DNA from: Myxococcota bacterium
GTDB taxonomy: Bacteria > Myxococcota_A > UBA796 > SXON01
Assembly (NCBI GenBank): GCA_040386535.1
Contig: JAZKFH010000013.1
Coordinates: forward strand, 1-64,000
Reading direction: 5' to 3'
DNA length: 64,000 nt
Under the pieces are notes generated by a model. The model worked only from the letters and a program-made list of their open reading frames with translations, ran no database searches and was not told the origin of the DNA. Each line of letters opens with the position of its first letter. Position 1 is the stretch's first letter. A program made the translations under genes and the position numbers. This document shows, one piece after another, positions 43,536-53,636 of the stretch.

Positions 43536-43634
43536 GATTGACTCCTTGAATGCGCCCGGGTTGTGTTGTCGGTGCGCGTCGGGGCCCTGTGCATGCGGTG
43601 TGCCGTCGTGATTTCAAGCACTTGTGTGTCGCGA

Positions 43635-43654
43635 CCTGTCGGTTGACCGACAGG
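43635..43654. promoter_or_regulatory. perfect inverted repeat, putative operator between divergent ssb and dNK-pan genes
   Basis: CCTGTCGGT-TG-ACCGACAGG. Confidence 0.45.
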
Positions 43655-43752
43655 GGGTGACGGACGTCGGTCAGTCCGAGGCCGTCAAGGGGGGGCCCCA
43701 GAGGCCATCGTGATTTCTCCGCGCGTGCTACCTTCCCGCCGCGGAGCGAAGC

Positions 43753-44421
43753 GTGTCGCGACTGGTCGTCATCGAAGGCCTCATCGGCGTCGGCAAGACC
43801 ACCTTGTGCCGCATCCTCGAGCGGGAATGGGGTGCACGGCTCGTCTTGGAGCCGGCGGACGACAATCCGTTCCTCGCCCAGTTCTACGGCGATCCGGAGC
43901 GCTTCGCGCTCCCGGCCCAGCTGTTCTACCTCGCGAGCCGCTACCAGCAGCAGCAGGGCATCCGCCAGGCGGACCTGTTCGCGCCGTTCACCGTGTGCGA
44001 CTACCTCTACGCGAAGGACCGTCTGTTCGCCGAGATGACGTTGGACGGCCACGAGCTGGCCCTCTACAACACCTTCGCCGGCATCCTGCCCGAGCCGCCG
44101 CCGCGCCCCGATCTCGTGGTGTTCCTCGACGCGGACACCGAGGTCATCCGGAGCCGCATCCTGCGCCGGGGCATCCCCGCCGAGCAGGTCATCCCCGCGC
44201 GCTACCTCAACGACCTGCGCGATCGCTACTACCAGCTGTGGGACAGCTACGATCAGGCGCCCATCCACGTGATCCGCACGGACACGGTGGATTATGTGTC
44301 CGATCCCGCCGCACGCGAGCGCATCGTCCAGATGATCTGGGGATGGCTCGCGGGGCAACCCGTCCCCGACGCGCCGCCGCGGTACCACGGCTCGGCGCAG
44401 ACCTCCCTGTTCGGAGTCTGA
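43753..44421 (+). CDS. deoxynucleoside kinase
   Basis: IEGLIGVGKTTL, NPFL..FY, QLFYLASRY, PDLVVFL. Confidence 0.9.
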   Translation: MSRLVVIEGLIGVGKTTLCRILEREWGARLVLEPADDNPFLAQFYGDPERFALPAQLFYLASRYQQQQGIRQADLFAPFTVCDYLYAKDRLFAEMTLDGHELALYNTFAGILPEPPPRPDLVVFLDADTEVIRSRILRRGIPAEQVIPARYLNDLRDRYYQLWDSYDQAPIHVIRTDTVDYVSDPAARERIVQMIWGWLAGQPVPDAPPRYHGSAQTSLFGV

Positions 44422-45258
44422 TTGGCCAGAATCACCGCGCCCGAGATCCTCAAGAAGAAGGTCAACGGCGAGAAGATCGCGATGGTGACCGCCTACGACG
44501 CCGCGCAGGCGCGCCTCGTCGACGCGGGCGGCGCCGACATGGTGCTCGTGGGGGACAGCCTCGGCATGGTGGTCCAGGGCCAGTCCGACACCCTCGGCGT
44601 CAGCCTGCGGGACATGTGCTACCACGGGCGTTGCGTGGCCGCGGGCCTCACGCGCGCGCACCTCTCGGTCGATCTGCCGTTCATGAGCTACCAGGTGAGC
44701 GTCGCCCAGGCGATGCGCAGCGCCGGGCGGCTCGTGCGCGAGGGCAAGGCCCAGTCGGTCAAGCTCGAAGGCGGCGTGCGGTCCGCGCCCGCCATCCGCG
44801 CCATCGTCGAGGCCGGCATCCCCGTCGTGGGCCACGTGGGGCTCACCCCCCAGTCGGTGCACGCCATGGGCGGCTTCAAGGTGCAGGGCCGCGAGTCGGA
44901 CGCCGCCGAGCGTATCCTGGCGGACGCCGTGGCCGTCCAGGAGGCCGGCGCCTTCTGCGTCGTGCTCGAGATGGTGCCGGCGGAGCTCGCCGCGCGCATC
45001 ACGGCCACGCTCTCCATCCCCACGATCGGCATCGGCGCGGGCGGGGGTTGTGGCGGCCAGGTGCTCGTCTACAACGACGTGTTGGGGATGGACACCCGGT
45101 TCAAGCCGCGCTTCGTCAAGCGTTACGCGGATCTCGAGGGCGTCGTGCGCGACGCCGTGGCCGCCTACGTCGCCGAGGTCAAGTCCGGGGCGTTCCCTGG
45201 GCCCGAGCACACGTTCGCCCAGGACACGGGCCGCCTCGACACGACTCGGCTGTACTAG
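44422..45258 (+). CDS. panB: 3-methyl-2-oxobutanoate hydroxymethyltransferase
   Basis: TAYDA, LVGDSLGM, VKLEGG, GHVGLTPQ, PTIGIGAG. Confidence 0.96.
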   Translation: MARITAPEILKKKVNGEKIAMVTAYDAAQARLVDAGGADMVLVGDSLGMVVQGQSDTLGVSLRDMCYHGRCVAAGLTRAHLSVDLPFMSYQVSVAQAMRSAGRLVREGKAQSVKLEGGVRSAPAIRAIVEAGIPVVGHVGLTPQSVHAMGGFKVQGRESDAAERILADAVAVQEAGAFCVVLEMVPAELAARITATLSIPTIGIGAGGGCGGQVLVYNDVLGMDTRFKPRFVKRYADLEGVVRDAVAAYVAEVKSGAFPGPEHTFAQDTGRLDTTRLY

Positions 45259-45267
45259 GGGAGGGGA

Positions 45268-46089
45268 TTGATGCGCATCGTCCGTTCGGTCGACGAGATG
45301 CACGACCTCGCGCTCTCCTGGCGCCGCCAGGGCCGCGAGGTCGGCTTCGTCCCCACCATGGGGTACCTGCACCGCGGCCACACCACGCTCATCGAGCTGA
45401 TGCGGGCGCGGAGCGAGGTGCTCGTCGTGAGCATCTACGTCAACCCGCTACAATTCGGCCCCACCGAGGATCTGACGCGCTACCCGCGGGACCCGGAGGG
45501 GGACGCCGCGAAGTGTGAGGCCGCCGGCTGTGACGTGTTGTTCATGCCGGAGAATCTGTATCCGTCGGACTTCCGCACGACCGTGAGCGTGCGTGACATC
45601 ACGACGCGGTGGGAGGGCGCGCTCCGACCCACACACTTCGACGGCGTCGCCACCGTGGTGTGCCGCCTCTTCGGGCTCGTGCAGCCCACGGCCGCGATGT
45701 TCGGGGAGAAGGACTACCAGCAGTACACGGTGCTCCGCTCCATGGCGCGGGACCTCGCGATGGGCATCGAGATCGTGCCCGGGCCGCTCGTGCGTGATGA
45801 CGACGGCCTCGCGCTCTCTTCGCGCAACGTCTACCTGTCCGCCGATCAGCGCGCGCGTGCTCTCTCGCTCCACCGCGCCCTGTTCCAGATGTGCCGCATG
45901 ACGGATCGCTCCGCCGCCGCGCGCATCGCCGCGGGGCTCGCCGTCATCGACTCCGACGGCGTCGACTACCTCGCCATCGTCGACCCCGACTCGCTCGAGC
46001 CGGTCGACACCATCGACCGCCCGCTTCGCGCCATCCTCGTCGCGCGCTACGGCTCGGTGCGGCTGCTCGACAACGTCGCGATCGGATGA
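45268..46089 (+). CDS. panC: pantoate-beta-alanine ligase
   Basis: FVPTMGYLHRGH, VNPLQF, FGEKDYQQ, GLALSSRN, RLLDN. Confidence 0.96.
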   Translation: MMRIVRSVDEMHDLALSWRRQGREVGFVPTMGYLHRGHTTLIELMRARSEVLVVSIYVNPLQFGPTEDLTRYPRDPEGDAAKCEAAGCDVLFMPENLYPSDFRTTVSVRDITTRWEGALRPTHFDGVATVVCRLFGLVQPTAAMFGEKDYQQYTVLRSMARDLAMGIEIVPGPLVRDDDGLALSSRNVYLSADQRARALSLHRALFQMCRMTDRSAAARIAAGLAVIDSDGVDYLAIVDPDSLEPVDTIDRPLRAILVARYGSVRLLDNVAIG

Positions 46090-46448
46090 GCGGTTTTCCC
46101 TGGGAGGTGTTCGTCCTGGGGCTCGTCCTCGGGATCAACCGCCTCGGCACCCCGGCCACCTACCAGCGCCCGGTGGCCTTCTGGGGCATCCAGGTGATGA
46201 ACCTGGCGCTCGCGGTGCCGGTCGCCGTCCGCGGCATCTCGGGCACCCAACAGTTCCCGGCGCTCGGCTGGCTCATCGCCGGGCTGCTGGTGTTCCACGT
46301 GCTCCAGAACATCTCGCTCCGGACGGTGGCGCTGCGGCGGATCCGGCAGGAAGAGCAGGCGCGCGAGCAGCAGCGCAAGCTGCGCGCCCTCGACGCCACG
46401 ACGAGCGCCACCGCGGACGACGCCCCCCGCGAGGCCCCGCCCGAGTAG
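46086..46448 (+). CDS. small membrane protein
   Basis: ATGA overlap with panC; three hydrophobic segments. Confidence 0.65.
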   Translation: MSGFPWEVFVLGLVLGINRLGTPATYQRPVAFWGIQVMNLALAVPVAVRGISGTQQFPALGWLIAGLLVFHVLQNISLRTVALRRIRQEEQAREQQRKLRALDATTSATADDAPREAPPE

Positions 46449-46470
46449 CTCCCCCGAGTGGCTCCGGACC

Positions 46471-47715
46471 CTACTTGGCCGCGGCCGCGTGGACGATCTC
46501 GAGGATCTCCCGCTCTTCGAGCACGCGGTTGCCGGCCTTGGCCTTGGTCCGCACGGCGCCGATGAGCTCGGGCGTGACGGGGAAGCCGCGGCTGCGGAGC
46601 CAGTAGGCGATGTTGCTGTCCCCGGCCATGTGCCCGACCTCGATCTCCTGGCGGCGGCCGAACCAGCTCGCGGGCACGCCGGAGTAGACGCGGTCGGCGA
46701 GCCAGTCGGCGCCCTTGTCGAGCGCCTTGATGACGGCGGCCGCGTGCACGCCGGTGCCGGTGCGGAACGCGTCTTTCCCGAACACCGGGTAGCTCACGGG
46801 GATCGGCACGTCGCACGACGAGGAGCACAGGTCGACCAGCTCGCCGAGGGCGGACAGGTCCCCGTCGTGATGGCCGAGCAGCTTCATGTTGACGAGCAGC
46901 AGATCGAGCGGCGTGTTGCCGACACGCTCGCCGACCCCCAGGACACAGCCGTGCACGCGGTCAGCGCCGGCCTCGATGGCGGTCAACGCGTTCCCGAGGC
47001 CGAAGCCGCGGTCGTTGTGGCCGTGCCAGTCGATGCGCGTGTTGGTGCCGAGCCCGCGGATCAGGTTCTTGGTGAAGTGGATGAGGTTGAACACGCCGTT
47101 GGGGGTGGCGTGGCCCACGGTGTCACACACGGCGAGGCCGTCGGCGCCCTCTTCGATCGCGGCGGTGAACAGGCGGCGGAGCGTGCTCGGCCGGGACCGC
47201 GTGGTGTCCTCGGTGACGAACGTGCACGGGAGGCCGGCCTGCTTGGCCATGCGCACCGCGTTGCGCGTGCGCTTCTCGAGCAGATCCTCGTCCCAGCCCT
47301 CGGCGTACAGCCGGATCGGGGAGGCGCCCAGGAACGCCATCACCTCGATGGGGATGCCCACCTTCTGCGAGATGGCGATGATCGGCGCGATGTCGTTCTC
47401 GTGGGTACGTGCCGCGCACGCCGCCTCGATGTTCAGCTTCTCGTCGCGGATCATCTCGGCGAGCACGGTGGAGTCGGCCACCGCGCGCGGGCCCGCGCCG
47501 GGGAGGCCGATGTCCGTGTGGTGCACGCCCACCTTCGCGAGGAGGCGGATCATCTGCGCCTTGGCCTCGACCGGGGGGTCGGTCACGGAGGGGCACTGGA
47601 TGCCGTCCCGGAACGTCTCGTCGAAGTAGCGCACGGCGCGCATCGGGGGCGACGTGGCGTCTCCCAGCACGTTCCAGTCGTGGATGACGTTGGACTCGTC
47701 GATCGAACCGCTCAT
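46471..47715 (-). CDS. leuA: 2-isopropylmalate synthase-like DRE-TIM enzyme lacking the C-terminal regulatory domain
   Basis: DETFRDGIQ, EDTTRS, DTVGH, HGHNDRG, GERVGN; only ~414 aa. Confidence 0.7.
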   Translation of the reverse strand: MSGSIDESNVIHDWNVLGDATSPPMRAVRYFDETFRDGIQCPSVTDPPVEAKAQMIRLLAKVGVHHTDIGLPGAGPRAVADSTVLAEMIRDEKLNIEAACAARTHENDIAPIIAISQKVGIPIEVMAFLGASPIRLYAEGWDEDLLEKRTRNAVRMAKQAGLPCTFVTEDTTRSRPSTLRRLFTAAIEEGADGLAVCDTVGHATPNGVFNLIHFTKNLIRGLGTNTRIDWHGHNDRGFGLGNALTAIEAGADRVHGCVLGVGERVGNTPLDLLLVNMKLLGHHDGDLSALGELVDLCSSSCDVPIPVSYPVFGKDAFRTGTGVHAAAVIKALDKGADWLADRVYSGVPASWFGRRQEIEVGHMAGDSNIAYWLRSRGFPVTPELIGAVRTKAKAGNRVLEEREILEIVHAAAAK

Positions 47716-47822
47716 AGGGCCTCCGCGTCGCCACCTTAACGTAGCGCTGGTCTTGGCGACCGGTTGCGGAGGTCGCGATCGTCTCGGGCGTCGCCATGCG
47801 TCGCGTCGCGCACGGGCCGACG

Positions 47823-47885
47823 CCGAGAACCGCGGTCGGGGCCCCCGCTGGTTCCCCCCCAAGGGGGCCCCCCAGCGGACCCGTC
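47823..47885 (+). repeat. REP-like GC-rich repeat, family B copy 1
   Basis: Closely similar to the reverse complement of 49261-49325. Confidence 0.65.
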
Positions 47886-48030
47886 CGCACGGCGTCGACC
47901 CGCGCGCGCCGCTAGCGGTGTTGCCGGCGCGGGACGGGCGGGCTCCGCTACGTCGCCACGAGCGGGCCACGCCAGGCGGCGGCGGGGAGGCCCACGACAA
48001 GCCCCGGAGAGGCGGGGAGGGGGAGGGGGC

Positions 48031-49056
48031 TTAGAGCAGCGAGCAGGGCACCGACGTGAAGACGAAGGCCACGGAGAGCGCGTCGTTCACGCCGTCGGCG
48101 TTGCTGTCGATGTCGGCGATGCGCTCGACGATCTCGCGGGAGTAGCCGCTCTCTTCGGCGATGGGGACCATGGTCTCGACCGAGATGGCGAAGCCCATCA
48201 CGCCGTGGTTCTCGCTCGCGTTGGCGACGCCCTCGACCACCACGCCCGTCACACTCTCGAGCGTGAAGCCACCGACCTCGATCGAGGCCGACGGGATCGT
48301 GACGCTGTACGAGCCGTCCGCGATCACGGCCGCCGCGCTCATGGTGGCGTAGCCGGCGGTGTCCACGTCTGCGCCCGGGTCGAAGGACTCGCTGCCGGAG
48401 GCGTTGTCGGTGAGGTCCCCGTCGGTGTCGTCCGCGGTGACGAGCCCGCCGTAGATGTCGTCATTGCACCAGTCGTCCACGTCCCAGAACTGGAGCACGA
48501 TCACGGTCGTGGAGGAGCCGAGCGTCTCGGCGAGGCTCGTGTCGAGCGCCGACTTCGCGAACGACAACACGTTGTCTACGGTGCCGTCCCCATCGAGGTC
48601 CACACCCTCACTCGACGTCCCGACCACGATGCTGTCGACCACCCACGTGGCCTCGCTCGGCCCCGCCGGATCGCAGCTCGCCGACGTGTCGGTGTCGGTG
48701 TCCGCGTCCGTATCGGCGTCGGTGTCCGCGTCCGTATCGGCGTCGGTGTCCGCATCCGTATCCGTATCCGCGTCCGTATCCGCGTCCGCGTCCGTGTCGG
48801 CGTCCGTGTCGGCGTCCGTGTCCGCATCGGTGTCAGAGTCCGTATCCGCGTCGGTGTCCGAGTCCGTGTCGGTGTCCGTGTCGGCATCGGCCCCGCTGTC
48901 GGTGTCGGTGTCGGTGTCGGTGTCCCCGGTGTCCGCGGTGTCGACGAGCCCGGTGTCCACGAGCGAAGGATCCTTGTCCTCCCCGGCGCCATAGTTGGAG
49001 GAGCAACCGGCAAGCGCGGCGAGGGCGACAACGGACACGAGCACGAAGCGGGACAT
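48031..49056 (-). CDS. lipoprotein with long Asp-Thr-Asp-Ala low-complexity repeat
   Basis: Lipobox LAGC; (DTDA)n at ~48685-48945; DxDxDG Ca-binding-like loops (DLDGDG, DTDGD, DSNADG). Confidence 0.85.
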   Translation of the reverse strand: MSRFVLVSVVALAALAGCSSNYGAGEDKDPSLVDTGLVDTADTGDTDTDTDTDSGADADTDTDTDSDTDADTDSDTDADTDADTDADTDADADTDADTDTDADTDADTDADTDADTDADTDTDTSASCDPAGPSEATWVVDSIVVGTSSEGVDLDGDGTVDNVLSFAKSALDTSLAETLGSSTTVIVLQFWDVDDWCNDDIYGGLVTADDTDGDLTDNASGSESFDPGADVDTAGYATMSAAAVIADGSYSVTIPSASIEVGGFTLESVTGVVVEGVANASENHGVMGFAISVETMVPIAEESGYSREIVERIADIDSNADGVNDALSVAFVFTSVPCSLL

Positions 49057-49260
49057 GGAGTCTCCTGTTCAGCCCGGCCTCTACAGCAAACCACCCCCCG
49101 CTGTCAACACGCCGCCCCCGCAAAAGCAACGTTCGCCCGCAAAGCGGGCGAACGGCGCTCCCATCCTCCCCTCCGAAACTGCGGTGGCGTGCAGGCTCCG
49201 CCCGTGACGCTTAACGCTCACTTCGCCAACCGCCCGCGCCGCGGAGGGGGGAGCGGCGTC

Positions 49261-49325
49261 GACCGGGTCCCGCCGGTGGGGCCCCCCTGGGGGGGACCGG
49301 CGGGGGGCCCCGGGCGGGTTCTCGC
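49261..49325 (-). repeat. REP-like GC-rich repeat, family B copy 2 (inverted)
   Basis: Reverse complement GCGAGAACCCGCCCGGGGCCCCCCGCCGGTCCCCCCCAGGGGGGCCCC... aligns with 47823-47885. Confidence 0.65.
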
Positions 49326-49358
49326 CGCTCCCCCCTCAGCGGCGCTACCGGGATGCGA

Positions 49359-50555
49359 TCAGAGCGCCTCGACGATCACGGCGATCCCCTGCCCGCCGCC
49401 AATACACGCCGACCCAAGCCCATACTTCCCACCCCGACGCCGCAGCTCGTGGATGAGCGTCCCCGTGATGCGCGCGCCCGAGGCGCCGAGCGGGTGGCCG
49501 AGCGCGATCGCGCCGCCGTTCACGTTGGTCTTGGTGCGGTCCAGGCCGAGCTCGCGCTCGACGGCGAGGTACTGGGGCGCGAAGGCCTCGTTGACCTCGA
49601 CGAGATCCATGTCCGCCACGCCGAGGCCCGTGCGCTCGAACGCGCGGCGGGCGGCCGGCACCGGGCCGATGCCCATGATCGTGGGGTCGCAGCCCGAGAT
49701 GCCCCAGCCGGTGAGGCGGGCGATCGGGGTGAGGCCGTGGGCGCGGGCCCACTCGCCGTCGGCCACGACGAGGCTGGCCGCGCCGTCACAGATGCCCGAC
49801 GCGTTGCCCGGGGTGATGAGGCCGTCCTTCTTGAAGACGGTGGGGAGCTTGGCGAGGCTCTCCATCGTGCTCTTGCGGGGATGCTCGTCGACCGAGAAGC
49901 TGATGTCGCCCTTGCGGGTCTTGATGATGAAGGGGACGATCTCGTCGTTGAAGCGACCGGCCTCCTGCGCGGCGGCCCAGCGCTCCTGGCTCATCAGCGC
50001 GACCTCGTCGACCTCGGCGCGGGTCAGGCCGTACTGCTCGCCGAGCTTCTCGGCGGTCATCGCCATCGGGAGGCCGGTCTGCGTGTCGGTGAGGCACTCC
50101 CACAACAGATCCTTGAGGACCGGGGGCTTGCCGAAGCGCGCCGCGCCGTCGCGAAGGCCGTGCATGACGTGGGGCGCCATGCTCATGGCCTCGGAGCCGC
50201 CCGCGAGCACGACGTTGGCCTGGCCGGTGAGGATCTGCTCGGCCGCGGTGATGACCGCCTGGAAGCCGGAGCCGCAGAGGCGGGCGACGCCGAGGGCGGG
50301 CACGTGCACGGGGATTCCGACGCGGAGGCCCACGTGGCGGGGCAGGTAGATGCCGTCGTTGCTGGTCTGGAGCACGTTTCCGTAGATGACGTGGTCGACC
50401 TGGTCGGGGGAGACCCCGGCGCGCTCGAGCGCGGCCTTGGCGGTCGGCACCGCGAGGTCCTGCGCGTTGATGTCCTTGAGGGCGCCGCCCTGGGCACCGA
50501 AGGCCGTGCGGACGGCGGAGAGGAAGACGATCTCGCGGGACTGGACGTTGAGCAT
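49359..50555 (-). CDS. thiolase (acetyl-CoA C-acyltransferase)
   Basis: RLCGSG, NEAFA, GHPLGASG, CIGGGQG. Confidence 0.95.
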   Translation of the reverse strand: MLNVQSREIVFLSAVRTAFGAQGGALKDINAQDLAVPTAKAALERAGVSPDQVDHVIYGNVLQTSNDGIYLPRHVGLRVGIPVHVPALGVARLCGSGFQAVITAAEQILTGQANVVLAGGSEAMSMAPHVMHGLRDGAARFGKPPVLKDLLWECLTDTQTGLPMAMTAEKLGEQYGLTRAEVDEVALMSQERWAAAQEAGRFNDEIVPFIIKTRKGDISFSVDEHPRKSTMESLAKLPTVFKKDGLITPGNASGICDGAASLVVADGEWARAHGLTPIARLTGWGISGCDPTIMGIGPVPAARRAFERTGLGVADMDLVEVNEAFAPQYLAVERELGLDRTKTNVNGGAIALGHPLGASGARITGTLIHELRRRGGKYGLGSACIGGGQGIAVIVEAL

Positions 50556-50731
50556 GTGGGCTCCGGTTGAGGGGCGCGATCTATCGCGACCGCACCCGTC
50601 CCGCCGCTGCTTCTATGCGCCAGCCGCGATCGAGGTTCCGACGGCCGGGCGGGCCACGATCGTGGCCCCGTGCGCCTTACAGACGTGTTTCGTACGCCCC
50701 GCGGGCCGCCGGGAGCTTGCTACGAGGGCGC

Positions 50732-51226
50732 ATGATGCTGCTCCTCACCCTCCTCCTCGGTTCGTTGGACGCCCACGCCGCGAAGCTCGAACGCCTCACG
50801 CTCGGCGTCGCGGGCAGCCTACGCGCCGGCGACCCCTCCTATCTCTCCCACCCCGTCGAGCTCTCCGTCACCAGCTTCGTGCTGCCCTGGCTCGCGTTCG
50901 AGGGCCGCGTCGGCGTCGCGCCCACCTGGAACAGCGGGTACCTCTACTACCCGGGCGAGGCGCGCGGCGTGCTCTCGACCGGCGCGCGCTTCGGCAAGGA
51001 GCAGGGGATCTACGGGGCCGTGAACGTCATCGGCTGGCTCTACGAGGCCGGCCACCACTGGGACGACCGCCACCGATACGGCCTGTTCGACTGGTGGAGC
51101 GTCGCGGCGCGCGGCGGTTGGCGCTTCCCGATGGGGAAGACGTCCTACGTCTCGCCCGAGCTCTACCTCGGAACGTACTTCGCGGGCGCCGGGGTGCACT
51201 TCGAGTGGGTGCTTGTGAAGAAGTAG
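50732..51226 (+). CDS. secreted protein, possible small outer-membrane beta-barrel
   Basis: Signal peptide ending DAHA; alternating aromatic/Gly strands; C-terminal VHFEW. Confidence 0.65.
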   Translation: MMLLLTLLLGSLDAHAAKLERLTLGVAGSLRAGDPSYLSHPVELSVTSFVLPWLAFEGRVGVAPTWNSGYLYYPGEARGVLSTGARFGKEQGIYGAVNVIGWLYEAGHHWDDRHRYGLFDWWSVAARGGWRFPMGKTSYVSPELYLGTYFAGAGVHFEWVLVKK

Positions 51227-51345
51227 GCGGTCTTTGGGCGACCGCGTGGGCCGCGGTGCCCGGCGCGTTCGGCGATGCCCTGATCGCGAAACCCACGCGG
51301 CGCCGACCGCGGCCCGGCGACTACGCCGTTGCCCTTTCCACTCCG

Positions 51346-51384
51346 GGCCTTCGGGGCGTTGCGGGGGGGACCCCCGCCCCAAGA
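51346..51384 (-). repeat. REP-like GC-rich repeat, family A copy 2
   Basis: Reverse complement TCTTGGGGCGGGGGTCCCCCCCGCAACGCCCC matches 42988-43020. Confidence 0.7.
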
Positions 51385-51400
51385 TCGCCCAGACCGACGA

Positions 51401-52438
51401 CTACCGCAACGCGTCCAGAACGGCGGTCCCCGCCTCGTGCGTCGTGAGCGTGCCGCCGAGCTCGCGGGTGACCTGACCCTCGAGGAGGCAGGCCTGGACG
51501 GCGTTCTGGATGCGGCGCTCGTCCTGCGTGCGGCCGAGGTGCGCGAGCATCATGCCCGCGGTGAGGATGGCCGCGAGCGGGTTGGCGATGCCCTTGCCCG
51601 CGATGTCGGGGGCCGAGCCGTGCACGGGCTCGAAGAGCGCGGCCACGCCGGGGTTGATGTTGCCGCTGGACGCGAGGCCGATACCGCCCTGGAGCGCGGC
51701 GCCGAGATCGGTCACGATGTCGCCGAACAGGTTGTTGGTGACGATGACCTCGAAGCTCTCGGGGGCCTGCACCATGCGCATGGTGAGCACGTCGACGTAG
51801 AGGTGGCTCGTCGTGATGCCGGGGTACTCCGCCGCGACTTCCTTGAAGGTGCGCTGCCAGAGCTCGTGGCCGTGGCGCATGGCGTTCGCCTTGTCGCTCA
51901 TGCACACCTTGGTCTTGCCGTTCTCGGTCGCCCATTTGAACGCGGCGCGGATGATGCGCTCGACGCCCTTGCGGGTGTTGATCTCCTGCTCGATGGCGAT
52001 CTCGTCGGGCGTGCCGTGCTTGAACTGCCCGCCGACCCCGGTGTAGAGCCCCTCCGTGTTCTCGCGGAACACGACGAAGTCGACATCCTCCGGGCGCTTG
52101 TCCTTGAGCGGGCAATAGCGCGCGTCGAGCAGGCGGATGGGCCGGAAGTTGATGTACAGATCGAGCTTGAAGCGGCTGCCGAGCAGGATGTCCTTGGCGT
52201 GGACGTTGCTCGGGACGCGGGGATCGCCGAGCGCGCCGAGGTACACGACGTCGAACTCGTCGCGGAAGCGCGCCAGCACGTCGTCCGGCATGGTCGTGCC
52301 GTCCCGCAGGTAGCGGTCGGCGCCGAGATCGAAGTGTTCGTAGGTCAGGTCGGGGGCGACGGCGGCGAGGACGCGGAGGCCCTCGGCGAGGACCTCGTGG
52401 CCGATTCCATCTCCGGGGAGGACGGCGACACTGGGCAT
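51401..52438 (-). CDS. leuB: 3-isopropylmalate dehydrogenase (isocitrate/isopropylmalate DH family)
   Basis: LPGDGIG.EV, RENTEGLY, DKAN, NLFGDIVTD, EPVHGSAPDIAG. Confidence 0.8.
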   Translation of the reverse strand: MPSVAVLPGDGIGHEVLAEGLRVLAAVAPDLTYEHFDLGADRYLRDGTTMPDDVLARFRDEFDVVYLGALGDPRVPSNVHAKDILLGSRFKLDLYINFRPIRLLDARYCPLKDKRPEDVDFVVFRENTEGLYTGVGGQFKHGTPDEIAIEQEINTRKGVERIIRAAFKWATENGKTKVCMSDKANAMRHGHELWQRTFKEVAAEYPGITTSHLYVDVLTMRMVQAPESFEVIVTNNLFGDIVTDLGAALQGGIGLASSGNINPGVAALFEPVHGSAPDIAGKGIANPLAAILTAGMMLAHLGRTQDERRIQNAVQACLLEGQVTRELGGTLTTHEAGTAVLDALR

Positions 52439-52478
52439 GCGAGACTCCGGGGGCAGGCGGGCGCTGAAAGCGCGGCCT

Positions 52479-52506
52479 TAACGAAAGAGGGGGCCGATGG
52501 CCCCCC
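52479..52506 (-). terminator. putative intrinsic terminator after the desaturase gene
   Basis: Minus strand GGGGGCC-ATC-GGCCCCC followed by TCTTTCGTT. Confidence 0.5.
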
Positions 52507-52528
52507 GGATCTGACGCGACGTGCGCGA

Positions 52529-53542
52529 CTACTTGGCGGAGAGCAGCTCGTCGACGTGCAACGGGGTGGCGTCGGCCTCGGCGAAGCTGACCATGCGGCC
52601 CTTCGCGGGGTCCCACACCTTGAGGCGCAGGCACGCCATCACGTCGGAGGGGCGCCAGGAAGTGCGGCCCGGATCCTGGAGCTCGGGGAGCGCCGCCATG
52701 GCCTCGGGGAGCCGGTAGAACGGGATGCGGTGATTGAGGTGGTGCACGTGGTGGTAGCCGATGTTCCCGGTGAACCAGTGCATGACCGGGCCCATGTCGA
52801 ACATGCTCGACGAGCGGAGGGCCGCGAAGCTGTACTCCCAGTCACGACGGCCGCGGAGCTGCATGCTCGGGAAGTTGTGCTGGGCGTAGAAGAGGTAGGA
52901 GCCGAAGCCGCTCGCGAGGAACTGCGGGATCAGCACGGCGAATACCGCCACGTCCGCGCCGTAGAGCGCGCCGACGAGCCCCATGATGCCGAAGTGGATG
53001 ACCAGCGAGAGCATCCCGTGCCAGTGCACCTTGGGGGCGCGCAGGAACGCCGCGCTGCACATGCCGAGGATGAAGACGGTGACGTACCCGAACATCATGT
53101 TGAGCGGGTGCCGAACGAGCCGGTAGTCCCGACGCTGGTCGGGCGTCATCATGCGCCACATGTCGACCGTCACGATGGGGTAGGAGCCGATGGAGGCGCC
53201 CACGATCTTGGCGGTGTTCTTGTGGTGGTAGTCGTGGGTCTGGCGCCACACCGAGGGGGCCGACAGGGTCCAGTAGCCGATGAGCGGCATCACGGTCTTG
53301 CCGGCGCGCGACTGGAGGATCGCGCCGTGCGCGTAGTCGTGGAAGAAGATGAACAGCCGCACGATGGTCAGGCCGGCGAGCACCGAGCCGAGGAGGCGGA
53401 GCGGCCAGACGGGGGCGGCGGCGGCGAGCGCGACGAAGCTGCCGTATACGGCGAGGGTGATCGCGAGGAGACTCCAGCTCCGACCGCGCTCTTCCCGCGC
53501 GTAGGGCGAGCTCGCCCGTACCAGCTCAGGACCCGTGCGCAT
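52529..53542 (-). CDS. membrane fatty acid desaturase
   Basis: His boxes HDYAH, HDYHH, HHVHH; YAQHNF. Confidence 0.92.
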   Translation of the reverse strand: MRTGPELVRASSPYAREERGRSWSLLAITLAVYGSFVALAAAAPVWPLRLLGSVLAGLTIVRLFIFFHDYAHGAILQSRAGKTVMPLIGYWTLSAPSVWRQTHDYHHKNTAKIVGASIGSYPIVTVDMWRMMTPDQRRDYRLVRHPLNMMFGYVTVFILGMCSAAFLRAPKVHWHGMLSLVIHFGIMGLVGALYGADVAVFAVLIPQFLASGFGSYLFYAQHNFPSMQLRGRRDWEYSFAALRSSSMFDMGPVMHWFTGNIGYHHVHHLNHRIPFYRLPEAMAALPELQDPGRTSWRPSDVMACLRLKVWDPAKGRMVSFAEADATPLHVDELLSAK

Positions 53543-53636
53543 GTCTGAACCTCCGAACTGCCCCCTACCTACACGAACCGCTGACTCCGCACAAGCGCGG
53601 ATAGTGTCCTTTTTCCGAGATCTTATCGGGCTTTCT

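Noticed and set aside
43753..46089. dNK-panB-panC clustering
   Set aside because: A common housekeeping arrangement.
48685..48945. Tandem repeats as a possible CRISPR array (also 63580-63770)
   Set aside because: Short codon-level repeats encoding Asp/Thr/Ala within ORFs; no repeat-spacer structure and no cas genes.
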